Source: the human T2T-CHM13v2.0 reference genome, Homo sapiens. Taken from it: a DNA stretch of 64,000 nucleotides. Within the stretch, counting starts at the first letter, position 1; the number at the start of each line of letters is the position of its first letter. This document shows, in pieces, positions 39,744-54,581 of this stretch. Under the pieces are notes generated by a model, which saw only the letters and a list, made by a program, of their open reading frames with translations, had not been told where the DNA came from and ran no database searches. The translations under genes were made by a program, and so were the position numbers. The stretch lies in assembly GCF_009914755.1 (NCBI RefSeq), contig NC_060925.1; one strand, 5' to 3'.

Positions 39744-40209
39744 CTCTAGAGGTACCATCTTTGCACCTCCCTTATAAATAGAAGATTATTTCAAAAAATA
39801 ATTTCAATTGCTGTTTCTAAAAGTTGGTCTGTGAAGACCTTACCTCCCCACCTCCCCCGACCCCCAAAAAATTAATTTACTAAAAAATAATCCTCTGGTC
39901 ACTTGTACCTGTAAAACAGTTTCAATTTAGTAATTAATAAGGCTGACCTGGAGTAATAATAATAGGAGAAAAGAAGTTAAACTTTAGCCAAATTAAAGCT
40001 TCTCTCCTCCGGAGCTCAGGCCTGCCTCAAGCTGGCCCCTGCAATGGGAAAGCAGTTTAGGTTGACCTCTTCTCTCCTCTCCTCCCTGCCCCGCGTGTCT
40101 ACCCCTCCTTGCTGGGCTGCCGCTGGCTGCTTTGTGGTTTTGGCAGGAGGGGCTGGAAGGGGTAAGGAAGCAGGAGGAGTTGGATTTGACTATTGCTCTC
40201 AGGAACTGA

Positions 40210-40534
<325 letters not shown>

Positions 40535-41197
40535 CCTGGCAGGTTCTTAAGCTGACTCTCCCTCTCTTGGGTCCAGTTTGGGTTTTTCAGAGACTCCCAC
40601 TTGCCACGAGCGGCCTCTACCTGCAGCTGCTGCCGCGAGTGATGCCACCTCAAGTAGGCCATGCTTGACCTCCTGGTTCTAGTGGTCACTCTTACCAGAA
40701 GCCACTAAAAAGGCACCCAGGGTTGTGCATTCACTCTTTGCACCAGGATTCCTCTATACACCAGGAAATCTACACTTGGGCATGAACAGGGCCACATTCA
40801 GTCCCATTTGCCGTCAACACCTTCCATCTTCTAATCATGTGGAATCCTGCTGAGAGGAGAACGAGAGCTGGGATGAACTAATCTCTTCATGGCTTTTTGG
40901 GGACATGAGATGTGCCCTCCTTCCTGGTGCATGACAGGCACATTTCCACACAGGTTAAGCCAGCTGCAGGTGGGTTTTCTGGCACTTGCAGCCAAATGCA
41001 TCAGAGCTCTCAAAGCTAATACTATGATGCACGGGAGAGGTGGCAGGGAAAGGAACAAAGAACAACAGAAGAGGGAAGGAGGTGGCAGCCATCAGAAGCT
41101 AACAGTGAAGAAAAAGGTGGAAGAAGCCATCGGCATGGTTTCAGCAGACCCGATGTGGAGATCAGTGACAACAGAGAACAAACAAAGAATAAAATAG

Positions 41198-41492
41198 GGC
41201 CAGGCACGGTGGCTCATGCCTGTAATCCCAGCACTTTGGGAGGCCGAGGTAGGTGGATCACTTGAGGTCAGGCGTTCAAGACCAGCCTGGCCAACATGGC
41301 AAAACCCCATCTCTACTAAAAATACAAAAATTACCCGGGTGTGGTGGCAGGTGCCTATAATCCCAGCTACTCAGGAGGCTGAGGTAGGAGAATCGCTTGA
41401 ACCTGGGACAGGTTGCAGTGAGCCGAGATAGTGCCACTGCACTCCAACCGGGGTGACAGAGTGAGACTCTGTATCAAAAAAATAAATAAATA
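41198..41492 (+). mobile_element. Alu (AluSx/Sz-like)
   Basis: Dimeric Alu; TSD aataaaatag at 41188-41197 and 41493-41502. Confidence 0.96.
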
Positions 41493-42552
41493 AATAAAAT
41501 AGGACCCATTTGTGTACTTACTGTCTACCAGGCACTGTTCTGAACACTGTATGTGCACTGCATATGCCCCACAGATTGACCCATTTTATGGAGTTTACAG
41601 GAAACAGGTTCATGGAATCAGTAAGTGGCAGGGCTAGGACCCAAACAATATGATCAAGTTCAGATGTAGATTCAGGAAACACCTACTGGTCAGCCAGATG
41701 CTGTGCTGGGTGCTTCCCTCACAAGGCCCCATTTCATCTAAATGCCAGCTTTGGAAGGTGTGGACTATTTACTGCATTCCACAGGTAGAGAAACTGGAGC
41801 ACACAAGAGTGAAGTCACTTGCCAAGTGACTGGTGGAACTAAGCCCAGAACTCAGGTCTTGTGATTCGCAGTTCAATATTCTCTCTGCTGGGCAAGGCTG
41901 CCTTTCCTCATCTGCAGGAATGTGAATAAAAACATCACACAGGGATGGCGTTCAGTAGGGATGTGCTGAAATGACTGTACTGGTTGTGAAAGTGCTGAAA
42001 TGCCTCTGTACCACTTGGTAATCAGCCACCGCTCTGAGCATCCTCAAACGCTGCCCTGGCTCCTTCTTCCCAGACACCCTCCCGGAATCCAGTATCTAAA
42101 GAATTTTAACTGAGGCCTCCAAGATGCTGTTTTGGTGCTCTGGCACACATCCACTTCAGCCAATTGGTAAATGCTTGGAATGTCATCTCTAACAACCATC
42201 TATTCCTCTGGTGCTTCATTCCTTCCTAAGCACTCTTGTACTGTTACCTCCTCTGATGTGCACAGATGAGAAAGCTGAGGCCCAGAGAAAGTAAAAACTG
42301 CCCGAGGTTGCCTGGTGATGCTGAGTTGAGCTAGGCTTAAGCCAAAGTCATCTGACTTCTGGTTAAGGGCTGTCTCCATTCTCCAGCTTTTAGTCAGTTA
42401 AATAGAAAATTTTATACTAGGTAGAGTTAAGAATTCTAAAATAGATAAAATTAGAACATGTCACAGATGAAGGACAAGTCTTTGTGAATGAGATTTGTCA
42501 ATTAAAGACAAAATCAATGCTACTGGCAAAGATTCAGTAGGCCTGAGTTAAA

Positions 42553-42931
42553 TGTAACACTCTTGCCCATTGTCATGTGACCTGCCTGAGCATCCTAGGA
42601 GCAGATGCTTCTGGCTTTGGACTTGACCATATGACACTTTCCAATGAGATGAGAGGGGATGTGCTGTGTGCTGGGTCTGAGGCAAAGCTGTTTCTAGTGA
42701 TTGTGAGGTTCAGGACAGTCACTCCTGCACCTGCCTCTGCAACAAGAGAACAGCGTGTCTCGGGTTTGGCTGCACCTTCTGCCAAGGTCCCTGAATAGGA
42801 AGGCATACGGGGCCTTCAGAGCCCAGAGATGCCACCATCCTCACATCATGTGAGTAAGAAAATACATGTTTATTTTCATAAGTTATTAACATAGTGGGTT
42901 GTTTTTTCTATAGCACAAGCTGACTGATGCA
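42553..42931 (+). mobile_element. MaLR solo LTR (MLT1H/I-like)
   Basis: 'cttgaccatatgacactttccaatgagatgagagg', 'catgtgagtaagaaaata', end 'atagcacaagctgactgatgca'. Confidence 0.7.
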
Positions 42932-43336
42932 CTGGGAAGAAAGAATGCTTTGAAAATTTGAAGAATAAAAATGATTTGAGTTTAAAGTGTTAAAGGACTC
43001 TAGCTTCTAATTAAACATCATTTTGTGAGAAAGAATTCAGGCACATAATGGGCAAGTACTTAGAAGATATTTCGATTTTCCAGAAATACTTTTACATACA
43101 CATATTTCAGAAAGGCTTGTAATCAATAAATCCTGGGCCATACATATTATGGAACTCCTAGGGCTATCTGTGCAGATTACTCAGAAATAGAAAATAAATC
43201 ACATCTTTCCCAATAAAAGGAGTTGCTCAATTCACAGGATGATTAAATAATACATTTTAGAGTAAGATGAGATCTTAGGATCACTGCTTCTAATTAAAGT
43301 CATGTGTGAATTTTCACTTAAGTTTTCACAAGCATC

Positions 43337-43343
43337 TTTTATT

Positions 43344-43382
<39 letters not shown>

Positions 43383-43676
43383 TTTTTTGAGACTGGGCCT
43401 CACTCTGTCACTAGGCTGGAGTGCAGTGGCATGACCTTGGCTCACTGCAGCCTCGATCTCCTGGACTCAAGTGATCCTCCCACCTCAGCTTCCTAAGTAG
43501 CTGGGACTACAGGCATGTGCCACCACAACTGGCTAATTTTTTCTTTTTGTATTTTTTGTTGAGATGGGGTTTCACGATGTTGCCCAGGCTGGTCTTGAAA
43601 TCCTGGGCTCAAGCAATCCTCCCTCCTCGGTCTCCCAAAGTGCTGGAATTACAGGCGTGACCCACCGCACCCAGCC
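43337..43676 (-). mobile_element. AluJ with (TAAA)n tail
   Basis: J diagnostics 'gcagcctcgatctcctggactcaagtgatcctccc'; TSD acaagcatcttt / acaagtatcctt. Confidence 0.95.
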
Positions 43677-43935
43677 ACAAGTATCCTTATTTACTATTTT
43701 TGGTAAACTGAATAGCCACATCACATTCTGTTTTCTGGTGTTGAAACATGAATATTTTGAAACAAACTCCCTCCCTCCCTCCATCCATTCGTCCATCATA
43801 TTCTGGATACAAGACAAACATCAAAAGTCTCTCCTCTTAGTCTTTGTGGAAGAAGACATTTCTGCGGAGCATATAAATTTGAATGGCAATATACTCCCTT
43901 AAGAGGGACTTCAGACACTATGCTGTTCTTTCTAG

Positions 43936-44436
<501 letters not shown>

Positions 44437-47187
44437 TGACATCACACCCACAAAAAGGCCAGCATCCTACTCTGCAGACAACCCAACAGCCCAGCATTCT
44501 GCCTAGTCAGTTATGTGCAGTTACATGTGGACACAGTTATGTGCCTCCACATCCATTTTTATGTGTCCACTGTCAGTGAAGAATAGATCACAGAAGATCC
44601 ACTGCAAGGGGAAATCTATAAAGATTTGGGTTTCCTGCAGCTGAAATAACAATAATAAAAGGGATGAGCTCCTTGGCATTTAAACAAAGCCCTCAGTCAG
44701 AACGTGAACAAAAGGAAAGAGGCTGCCAAGCAGGCCCTGCCCGTGCAGTCCATAAAAGAAAATCTTGTGGACCCTAGAGTTTACAAAGGCAAGAAACCTG
44801 TTCTTCTCATTGATGACTGGGCCCAGAACTTAAACACTGGCCACATGTCCATGAAGAAAAAAGAAAGAGCCTTCTCTTGAGACAGGTTTGAATTCAGAGG
44901 CAGAGACGTTCCCTGAGCATGCCCTCTGTGCCAGGCACCACTGGCCTTGTCCACGCTTGAGCCAGTGTTTTGGGCAGTGGGGTGTGTGCATATGCTCTGG
45001 GGGCAGGGTCAGGCTGACTGGGTCCTTGAGATAATCTCTTTCCACCAGTGGCCGTGGGACACCTCGGTCTGTCTTTGGGTCTGTCTGCTTATGAAAGGTG
45101 GCCCTTTGTCCTTATGCAGGTGAAGATGAGGCTGCAGACCAGCCTGTGACACCCATTCAGGTGGGTGTTGGCTTTTAGCCCCCCACTTCACTTTACCTGG
45201 ATTTCTTGGTTTTACGATATAGTCTTCAGGGGTGGGGGTATGAGGTCATAGCTGTTGTCTGCTTTCAGCAAAGAAGGTGTTTCCCTCTCCATTTCTGACT
45301 CTTGTTCATTCTGGAGGCTTCAGAGAAGGAAGTTCTGAAAACAGGCACTCTCTCTGCCATCTTTCTGGAAACCCCTTCAGCTGCTTCAAAATATTTAGGG
45401 AACACCTGCTATTCCTCCCTCCCTTCACTCTTACAGCAGATCTTCACTGTGAGTGTAGTGGGTGACAGGCAGGGAACTAAGCTCTTTCTCTGAGCTCCCA
45501 TGACAGCTCTGGGAGGGACCAGGGAGGAGAGGTTAAGCAACCTGCCCAGAGCCACAGACATGAGCAGTTACACTGGACTTCAGCCCAGGACTTGGACTCC
45601 TGGTTCAGGTTCTCTTCCCCTGGGTTACTCCCCGAGTCAACAGGAGGGCCGTGGGAGAAAAGAGGTCCTGGCTTCAGCTGGGCAGCCTAGGGTGCTGGTC
45701 GCCTGCCAACCTGGGTGCAGAGCCTGATCTGGGGCTCTCCCAGAGGCTCTCCTTGGCTGGCAAGCAGGAAGCTCCAAATGCTGGGCTGCAGCCCAGAGGG
45801 AAAGGAAAGGGGCTTCTCTATGCTTCTGATTGTCCCCGTGACTACCCAGGAACAAAGCGGGGACTCACACTGCCTCCTGCCACCAGCCTCCACCCAGCTG
45901 TTCCGGCCACGCAGCCCCATCTCTTCAGCCTGTCTGCAGGAACACTGGGCATTTGTCAGCTTTCAGAATCACGGCTGTGTGCCCAGGGCTCTCTTGACCC
46001 TCCAGCTCCAGGCCTCATGGGGCAGACCAACAGAGGCACAGGCCCTCTTTCAAACCCCCAAACCCACCACCCAGTGAAGCCAAGTCCCTGGTCCACGGTA
46101 TTTAACTATTATATAGCCTAACACCCCACTGGGGAGGTTCACACCCTGATCTGATTAAGCTAAAACTGCATATAACAGTTCACATGCATTCGCTTTCCGT
46201 GTGTGCAGAGGAAAGAGCTTTGGGTTAAAAGTCAAGGCAGTTCATCGGTTAGACCTCACCAAGCCTGTCATCATCTCTCAAATGGGAACAGTAGCTGCCA
46301 ATTCTAAAAGCAAACATCTGCTGGGGGCTTCTTAGTATCAGGCGCTTTCCTACATCCCACGTGTGTCATGCATTTAATCCGCACAGTAGTCCACCCAGCT
46401 CCTTGCCCTCTGGGAAGAGCGCAGATGTTGCTAATGGAATCTTGGTAAAAGGTATCATGTGGCCCCAGAATAGTGGTATGCATCAGATTACCGCGTGCTT
46501 CACGCACGGTGTGGTGGAGCTTGCAACGTCACACTTTCAACAAATCTATTCAATCGGCGGGGGTTCTTGGCAGCAACTATGTGCCAGTCACTGTGCACAA
46601 CCAACCAAATCCCTGTCCTCCTGGGGGTGTTGTTCTGGTAAACACAGCAAAGGCTCAAAGACAGCAGATGATGCCATTAGTTGCACGCACTTCATTGACC
46701 GAAAAGTTGATTTTCTCCTTATCTTCGGTAATGAACGAAGGAAGAGGGGACAAGCAGAGGGGGTGCTTGTCATTTCCTGGCGTTTGAGTGGATGGCATCT
46801 GCTCTGCCCCAGCAGTACAAGGTACCTCCTGAGTGGCCCCATTTGACAAGGCAAGAGAGTAGAACTTGCTTTTCTCTTGTAGTAGTGCAGAAACTCAGTG
46901 TCCCAGTGTAGTTCAGGTGGCTCTCCAGGCCCTGGTGGTAGGGTTCCTGACACTCACCATGAGCCTGCCCGGCTTGGCATATCACAGTCCTCTGGCTACC
47001 ACGGGTCCCTGATAAGAGCACCTGAAATGACATTGAATACCTGGGAGTGCAGCTGGGACTCACTGGTCCCCAGGTACAGGCTCAGCCTTGCCCCAGGCTC
47101 AGGGATCCAATCTTGTTGCTGGAGGGCGGGGCAGGTCAGCCTGACAGTTGATCCCGTTCTGACATAGTTTTAGGGGCTGAGCTCTCG

Positions 47188-47585
47188 CTTCATTCATTTA
47201 TTCCCTCTGTAAATAATGTTTATTGGGCAGGACTATGAGCCAGGTACTGTCCTGGTGGCTGAGAAAATCCCAGGGAGTAAAACAGGCCAATCTCTGTCCT
47301 CCTGGGAGCTTATGTGCTAGAGGGGAGGTGAATTAATATGTATCATCTGGCAGTAAGTGGTAAGAAGAAAATACAACAGGGTAAGGAGATGGAGCATGAT
47401 GAGGGGTCTATGTTACATCGGGTGGTACGGAAGATCTCTGGAAGAAGGAGATATCTGGGCAGAGATAGGAAGGGTGAGAGGGAGAAAGCCAGGCATGTAT
47501 CTGAGGGAAGAGCATCACAGGTGGAGGAAACAGCATATGCATATGGCCTGGAGGCAGGAACGCTGAGAGACCAGTGTGGCTGAAG
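47188..47585 (-). mobile_element. L2 LINE 3' portion
   Basis: 'ttcattcattt...tttattgggcaggactatgagccaggtactgtcc...gcctggaggcaggaacg...agaccagtgtggctg'. Confidence 0.75.
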
Positions 47586-47814
47586 GGCCTACTCCATACC
47601 TCATACCTTCATGCCAGCAGCTGGGCCCATCAGTTCCTCCTGCATCTTTGGGCCTGGGCCTCAGCTTGCTGCTTCCTGCCCTCCAACCCAAGATGGTGCC
47701 CACCTGCCTGGATCACTTGCCTTCCTCCCACCCCCTCCTGCTGTCCCCCAACCAGGTGCATCTCTCTGTTCTCCACCTCTGCACGCTCTCCTTGCACCAA
47801 TGAGAGGTGTCTGC

Positions 47815-48032
47815 AGTGGAGTGGTTAAAGTGCTGGGCTTTGGAGTCAGGCTGCCTGGGTGGATCCCAACTCTGCCATTCCCTACTTGGGGAAGCCTGGG
47901 TAAACTGCTCTTGGTGACTCAGTTTTCTCAACTGGAAATGAGGATATGATAGTGCCTATCACAGGGGCTATTGTGAGATTAAATGAGTTACATGTGCAAA
48001 GCACATATGGAATAGTACTCAGCAAATATTCA
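47815..48032 (+). mobile_element. MIR SINE (near full length)
   Basis: 'gtggttaaagtgctgggctttggagtcaggctgcctgggt...attgtgagattaaatgagttacatgtgcaaagcac'. Confidence 0.85.
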
Positions 48033-48046
48033 TGAAAAAATATTAA

Positions 48047-48370
<324 letters not shown>

Positions 48371-49929
48371 AGAAGCCCCTCCTTACCAGGAAGGGTGACC
48401 AGAATTGGGTGCTTGCTGCATGGGGAGAAAGTGGAAAGGGCACAGGCTTTGGGGTCAGACAGATGCCGATGTGCACCCCAGCTGTGTGTTCTTGGGCAAC
48501 TAACTTAGTCTCTCTAAACCTCATTTCCCTCACTTCCACAAGGAGATCATGATCTGTCCCCCACAGGGTTTGAAAAAGGGTAAATTAAATGACAATGACA
48601 AATCACGGAGAGATTGGCCCAGGACAGGCAGCTTCACTGATGGGAAGAACCAACCTTGCTAGGGACGAGGTTGCAGATCAATGATCAGGGAGGAGAGAAC
48701 CAAAGTGGAGAGACAAAAAGACTGGGGAGCAGACGCTCAGGGTCTCAAAGTGGGGGCCAAGGTGGGCCACAGCCAGTTCATGTTGTGCAGAGGCCCACCG
48801 CAGTGAGGGGAGAGCTGGGCCAGTCGTGGGATTTGTGGGGCGTGGGGGTGGGGCCTTGGCCACTCTGCCAAGGCTGGGGGCAGGGGTGTCAAGTGCCAAA
48901 GGGAGCACCAGGTGCTGAAAGCCAGTGCCAAGGGGTAGTGAAGAAAAGAGAGTCAGGACACCCATGGCCAAATCCAGACAAGTCAGACCTGAGCCAGGTG
49001 AGTGCTGAGCCAGAGCAGGGCAGGGCAAGGATTGTTCTGAGGCTGAGTTGGTTGTGCTGGTTTATTCTGGGGATGCTCCTTGCCTGTCTTAAAGTGGCCA
49101 TGGTCAGGGCCCACCTCCTAAACCTGCAGATTGGAGCAGGCCCCTTGACATCCCTGCAGGAGGCTCTGGGGAAAGGATAAGGCAGGACCTTCCTGCCCCA
49201 CAGAGGTCAAACCAGTGAATAGACACAAATGCAGGACCGAACTGGAGGTGCCAGCTGACCCAAGGGAGGCAAAGCTGCTTCTGTCTGGGGCTCGGGAGTC
49301 TGAACAGCCCAGATCAGCAACCAGGTCAAATCTCACAAACATGCACCTAGGGGCTTCTGGTGAGCAAGGAGGAAGGCTATGCTAAGCCAGGCATGGAAGG
49401 TAGTGCAGGCCTGATTCCTGAGACAAGAACAGGAATGACCTCCCCAGAGGCCACCAAGACAAGCATTTGAGAAAGAAAAGAATGCTACTGACTTAGCTCC
49501 ACTGACATTTGAATGAAGAGCAGGAGTAACAAAAACAGAGAATTTTAATTACAAGTTCTTGTTCCCCCATTGTTCGTGATTTTGTTAACGTCTCTAGATC
49601 TCCCAGTGGTAATTGGCAATAAAATCTCTTAAAACAAACAGGGTTGTGCAGTAAGTGGAGAAATTTCATTTGGTTTTATAGCTGGCTGACCAGAGGAATG
49701 AGAAGGCCGTGTGCATTTGGGTGGATTGAGCACCTCTTTGAGCTTGTCTTCCCTTTTGAGTAAAATCCATGCTTGGACCAGACCATGCCTGAAGGGGTCC
49801 CTATCTTACCAGTGTACACAACCAGGTGGGGAAAGTTATCATTGTGACAATGTACAATGCTGTCCATGTTAGAAGCCTCAGAGTCACTCCCAGCTCCTCC
49901 CTCCTGCTCATTCCACACTAAACCCTAAA

Positions 49930-50490
49930 TGCCATTTCTTAATGATCTCCTTACCCAGCTCCATAATTGCTGCTGAAATGAAATAAGTCCATCACATCCA
50001 AATGGCTCCTGGGTCCTGTCTATTCTACTTCCTAAAGGGCTCTTGAAATGGCTGCCTCTTTTCTAGCCAACTGCCATAGTTCAGACGCTCTTTCTCACTA
50101 GACTGAGGCAACAATCTCCCTCTGGCCTTCTAGCTGGAGTCTTTCTCACTTGAAGACCATCTTCCATATGGCCACAGAAGGAGCTCTTCTGCCTTCTAAA
50201 GGCTCCTGAAAACCCTACCATGGTTTCCCAGGGTCAATGGGATAGAGAAAGGTGTTCTGGCTCTTAATGATGGGCCCCATATCCACTGCTCCTCAATACG
50301 CCTCCTTGACTGTAGCCAGGCCTAGCTACTTGCAGGCTTGGAAGAAACCAAGATTTTCTTGCCTCTGAGCATTTGCACATGTTATTTCTTTTGCTGCCAT
50401 GTCCTTCTGTCACTTGTCGCTCTTCAAGTCTCAGCTCTCCTGTCACCTCCTGCTGTTCTAAGGTGTCTCTCCTCTGCTCCCAGGTGATCT
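49930..50490 (+). mobile_element. Old L2 LINE fragment
   Basis: Pyrimidine-rich L2 motifs 'ccatcttccatatggccacaga' and 'gcctctgagcatttgcacatgttatt'. Confidence 0.55.
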
Positions 50491-50593
50491 CTATGCATTA
50501 TAAGGAGTCAGCCTTCCACCCATACCAGAAACCCCTCAAAAGCAAAGAATGTTCTAGGCACTGGGAAATGCCCAGGATGGAGAAGAGTGTGAC

Positions 50594-51365
<772 letters not shown>

Positions 51366-52746
51366 AAAAGTGACTACAGAGGAGTTTAAGACCACAATAT
51401 AATGAATGAATGAAGGAGGAGTTAAGCAAGGAAAATCTTAGGAGATGATGTGACCAGGTCAGAACGGAGGAGCCTGGAGGCTGGGGTGGGGGCCACAACA
51501 CCTCACTCCCCCCACACTCCCTGTCAATGTCACTCCTTTTCAGATCAGCAGCGGGGCTTCAGGGTGCCAGGGCTGTGGTTTTCAAACCTGGAAACCAAAC
51601 CAGGTTCCAGGGCTCCTGGGTTCCTCCCAAAACAAAAGGAATCTTTGGGGATGCAGCTGACTCTGGTGGGTGTTTGTCCTCAGGGCCCCTGCTAAGTTCT
51701 CCTGGGAACCGAGTACAGAGTCACCAATGGGACAGAATCACAGGAGAAAAGGAGAAACATGGTAAGCCCTTGGCAGAAGCTGGCACGGACTAGATTGTTG
51801 TCGGGTGTGGGTGTTGGGGCCAGGAGGAGCAGTGAGAAGCCACAGGAGGAAGGCTGGCAGAGAGGATTCATTCCGTATTCATTCCCCTAGTGAGCCACAC
51901 GCTTCGGAAGGATCACATTAAAGAGATGAATCACACACTGACTCAAAGAGAGGGGGTGGCACGGTTGTAAATCAGAGGAATGGCTTTTATTTGTCAGAAT
52001 GCTACAATAAATAACCTCTCCGTGTGCCACTTAACAAAAGGAGAGTGGGAGGGAGGGAAGCAATGTGGCATAGGCCGGAGGGCTCGCAGGGTGATGGGAG
52101 GGATGCGGGCAACCTCACAGCTACCAGGGCCCTTCAGGACACTCTTGCCAGTCACTAGATACTCTGTGCTCCTTCACACACACACAGAGACACACACACT
52201 CGCATAGATCATCTTTCCCTCAAACTTTCTGAGAGCACCAGCTTTATTTTATACATACAGGAGATGTCTTGCTGGAGATGACATTCGTGGGTATTACTTT
52301 TTCAGAATGAAGGGGCCAGAAAATCACCCAGGGCCCCTCGAGGGCTGAACCCCGCTCAGAAAGGGAGAAAGGTAAGGCTGCTCCCTAGAATCAATGAAGT
52401 TGCTGTTCTGGCAATGGTCTGTTAGGACAAGTGGTCATGCAGCAAAATCATGGAAGGAAACTCTTCCAAAAAGGGTGCAGCAGGGTGGCGGTATTATCTA
52501 TTGTCCATTTTCTTGGGGTGGATTTAGAATCAGACTTCTTGGGTCGCCAGGAGTAAAAGTAAAACGCTTTAAAAGTAAAAAGCTGCCTGGCTCTGCAGGG
52601 AGTAGGTAGGGAAGAAGGATGGGAATTCTGGGTTTGCAGAGGGGCAGACAGGCACATGACAATCAGGCAGGAGGGAGGCAGCTGTGCTTCCAGGGAGAGC
52701 AGGGTTCCTGGGGGAAGCCCAGGGTCCCACCTCCCCTGCCCTAGAG

Positions 52747-53065
52747 CAGGGCTACAGGATATGGAAGCCACTAGCCACTTGTGGCTATTGAAATGTGGCT
52801 AGGCCATATTGTAAGGTTTAAGCACATACTTTATTTTTAACATGTAGTATGAAAAAATAAAGAATGTAAAATCTGTTATTAATTTTTTTAATATTGGCTA
52901 CATGTTGAAATAACCTTTTGGATATGTTGTGTTAAAGAAAATAAGCTATTAAAATTAGTTTCAACTGTTTCTCTTTGCTTTTTTAAATGTGGCTACCAGA
53001 ACATTTAAAATCACACGTGTGGTTCACATTTGTGGCTTGCATTATATTTCTACTGGACAGCATTG
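52747..53065 (-). mobile_element. MER33 hAT-Charlie MITE
   Basis: 'agccactagccacttgtggctattg' and 'ttgcattatatttctactggacagcattg'; degenerate 8-bp TSD ccctagag / ctccagag. Confidence 0.88.
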
Positions 53066-53924
53066 CTCCAGAGGAGTCCTGGGACCCAGAACAGGGAGAG
53101 CAATTGCTCTTGACTTGCTGCTTTTATACCTAGGTGAGTGGGGAGCTTACACTTATGCACTCAGGGATATTTTGGGATACAGGAGCAACACCCCAAACTG
53201 TGAGGGGCTGGGGCAGGCAAGCTGGTTACACACCCCATGGGACGGAGGCTGGAGAGTTTCCATGACTTACTCAAGTAAATTAAGGAGAAGAGCTTGGCCT
53301 AGAATCAAGCCTTGTAAATTCTATTGTAGTCTTCTTACAACCACATCTCCGTTTACATAGAAAAATGCTCTTTTGTAATTATTAGCCACAAAACAGGTTT
53401 CTGGTGAGAATGTAAGTTTTTACATTTTTTTTTCTGGCAGATAATTTACAAATTTTTATCAAAACCATATAACCTAAATAAAACTGGACCTAAATGCCTG
53501 TCTCCACATGGAGATACACCCAAAAGAAACACAAATCCAGTTCCCCAAAGTTTTGAAAAATACTGTTAATTGTTGACTGAGATCCCCCAAGAGGGCAGCA
53601 AAGGGAAACTGTCCTGCACAAGTCACGGAAAATCTTCTAAAAGGTCTTTAGACATAGTTCTCTCTTTTACAGAAGCTGCTCAAATCACTCTCTTTCCCCT
53701 CCTCAAACCTGCCCTGACTTCCTTCTTTAGTTCCCTCTCTCCTCTCTGGCCAAGCTCTTCTGAGCCCCTCTTCTCTCTGGGATCTGTTCTCTTTTCTCTT
53801 ATTTCCATACCTCCAAGGCCCTTCTGTATGAGAAAAGTTGTTTTCAGTTTTCCTCTCTGCCCATCATCTGATCAGTCCCAAGAAATCCTAAAACCAACTG
53901 AGTAGGCAGAGAATGGGGAGGGTT

Positions 53925-54280
53925 GCATCGGAATTTTACATACTTCGAGCAAATAAATCCACTTACAGGGATTTAGGATGGATCAAAGGAGCAACAGACC
54001 AAAAATTTACATACAAAGATACTTATCATAGTATTATTTAACATAACGAAAAAACTAGAAATGACCTCAACATTTGACAAGGAATAGTGGTTAAATAAAT
54101 TCTGACAACTCTATAAAATGGAATATTGAGAAGTCACTAAAATGTCTGGCTTTGAAAATATTTATTGGTGTGAGAAATTATCCATGATAATATTAAATGA
54201 GACGAAACCAAGAATATAAAGCTGTATACAAATTTTGATGCTAATTTCCTCTCAATTTATATATGAACATAGAAAAATTC
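53925..54280 (+). mobile_element. Ancient L1ME-type 3' fragment
   Basis: 'caaataaatccacttacagggattt...atacaaagatacttatcatagtattattta...tggttaaataaatt...aatggaatatt'. Confidence 0.65.
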
Positions 54281-54287
54281 TTCTCTG

Positions 54288-54581
54288 GGCTGGGTGCACT
54301 AGCTCACGCCTGTAATCCCAGCACTTTGGGAGACCAAGGTGGGTGGATCACCTGAGGTCAGGAGTTCAAGACCAGCCTGGCCAACACGGTGAAATCCCAT
54401 CTCTACTAAAAATACAAAATTAGCTGGGCATGGTGGCAGGTGCCTGTAATCCCAGTTACTCAGGAGGCTGAGGAAGAAGAATCGCTTCAACCCGGGAGGC
54501 AGGGAGGTTGCAGCGAGCCAAGACCGTGCCATTGCACTCCAGCCTGGGCAACAAGAGTGAAACTCTGTCTCAAAAAAAAAA
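54288..54581 (+). mobile_element. Alu (AluSq-like), no visible TSD
   Basis: Dimeric Alu with 'caacaagagtgaaactc' and A10 tail; the flanks do not match each other. Confidence 0.95.

Noticed and set aside
46361-46846. 161-aa ORF in a CpG-rich patch
   Set aside because: No recognisable homology, non-ATG start, overlapped by similar ORFs on both strands, and partly L2-like sequence.
53108-53139. Recursive-splice-like motif (pyrimidine tract, TAG|GTGAGT)
   Set aside because: Similar YAG|GTGAG matches occur on the opposite strand (~2065, ~17002), so the frequency looks like chance. No host transcript or strand is known.
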